A stretch of DNA of 64,000 nucleotides from Chelativorans sp. (GTDB lineage Bacteria; Pseudomonadota; Alphaproteobacteria; Rhizobiales; Rhizobiaceae): contig NZ_JAPSLH010000005.1 of the NCBI RefSeq assembly GCF_031180965.1, forward strand, positions 150,284-214,283, in the 5' to 3' direction. How positions within the stretch are numbered: position 1 is the stretch's first letter; every line of letters starts with the position of its first letter. Below the pieces are notes generated by a model. It was not told where the DNA came from, ran no database searches, and was given only the letters and a program-made list of their open reading frames with translations. A program made the translations under genes and the position numbers. Of the stretch, positions 63,930 to 64,000 are shown piece after piece.

Positions 63930-64000
63930 TTATCTTCCAAACAGCTCGTTTTGGCTCAAGACCTTGTGAATGCGCTTGACCAAGAGGCGTGGAATGCGAA
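63930..64000 (-). CDS. C-terminal 23 codons of a gene entering from the right edge
   Basis: Own translation: ...RIPRLLVKRIHKVLSQNELFGR*, followed by the terminator. Identity unknown. Confidence 0.3.
   Translation of the reverse strand, partial: RIPRLLVKRIHKVLSQNELFGR

Larger units (their letters stand above)
58667..64000 (-). mobile_element. integrated prophage / integrative element, int-proximal end (continues beyond right edge)
   Basis: A tRNA-Pro 3' fragment, a tyrosine integrase, a Xis-like HTH and then a uniform minus-strand chain of short overlapping ORFs without recognisable housekeeping functions. Confidence 0.75.

Noticed and set aside
1-64000. CRISPR arrays, rRNA genes, IS elements/transposases, toxin-antitoxin pairs
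   Set aside because: No regularly spaced short direct repeats, no rRNA-like conserved blocks, no DDE or serine transposase-like translations, and no recognisable TA pair were seen on either strand.

Overview
High-GC alphaproteobacterial (Rhizobiaceae-like) chromosomal segment. It holds about 60 conventional protein genes plus about 15 short phage-type ORFs. No rRNA, CRISPR array, transposase or intact tRNA was seen. All calls come from reading the translations by eye; no searches were run. From left to right: (1) A surface-sugar and PAPS block: phosphomannomutase (partial), DegT aminotransferase, cysD, fused cysN/C and cysQ. (2) A fructose locus: frk, a ROK regulator and frcBCA, with a clear AT-rich operator palindrome. 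(3) gbpR-chvE-gguABC, directly followed by oxidative L-arabinose and De Ley-Doudoroff galactose genes. (4) A slightly lower-GC pocket: a Crp/Fnr regulator, two tandem paralogous small ORFs, a triple-PAS hybrid histidine kinase, a small lipoprotein, a GH25 muramidase and an orphan stand-alone SIR2-like protein. (5) SDR, AraC and MFS genes. (6) A cecR/ybhGFSR-like TetR-HlyD-ABC export operon with a divergent flavin monooxygenase. (7) Two DUF1236-like secreted proteins, an unannotated 30-aa membrane peptide, a Tat-signal Gly/Asn-rich protein and a NarL-type two-component pair. (8) A 14-gene convergent glycoside island: PIG-L deacetylase, two dehydrogenases, a GH36-like hydrolase and a DMT transporter, facing a LacI-controlled ABC importer with two GH63 glucosyl/mannosyl-glycerate-hydrolase-like paralogues around an SGNH esterase. 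(9) The int-proximal end of an integrated phage-like element, bounded by a 45-nt 3' half of tRNA-Pro(CGG). It carries an integrase, a Xis-like gene and a chain of about 12 tiny translationally coupled ORFs, and it runs off the right edge. The most interesting candidates are the glycoside island, the orphan SIR2 gene, the small-paralogue/PAS-kinase pocket and the prophage early operon. Many long ORFs in the track are antisense artefacts of high GC and were rejected.
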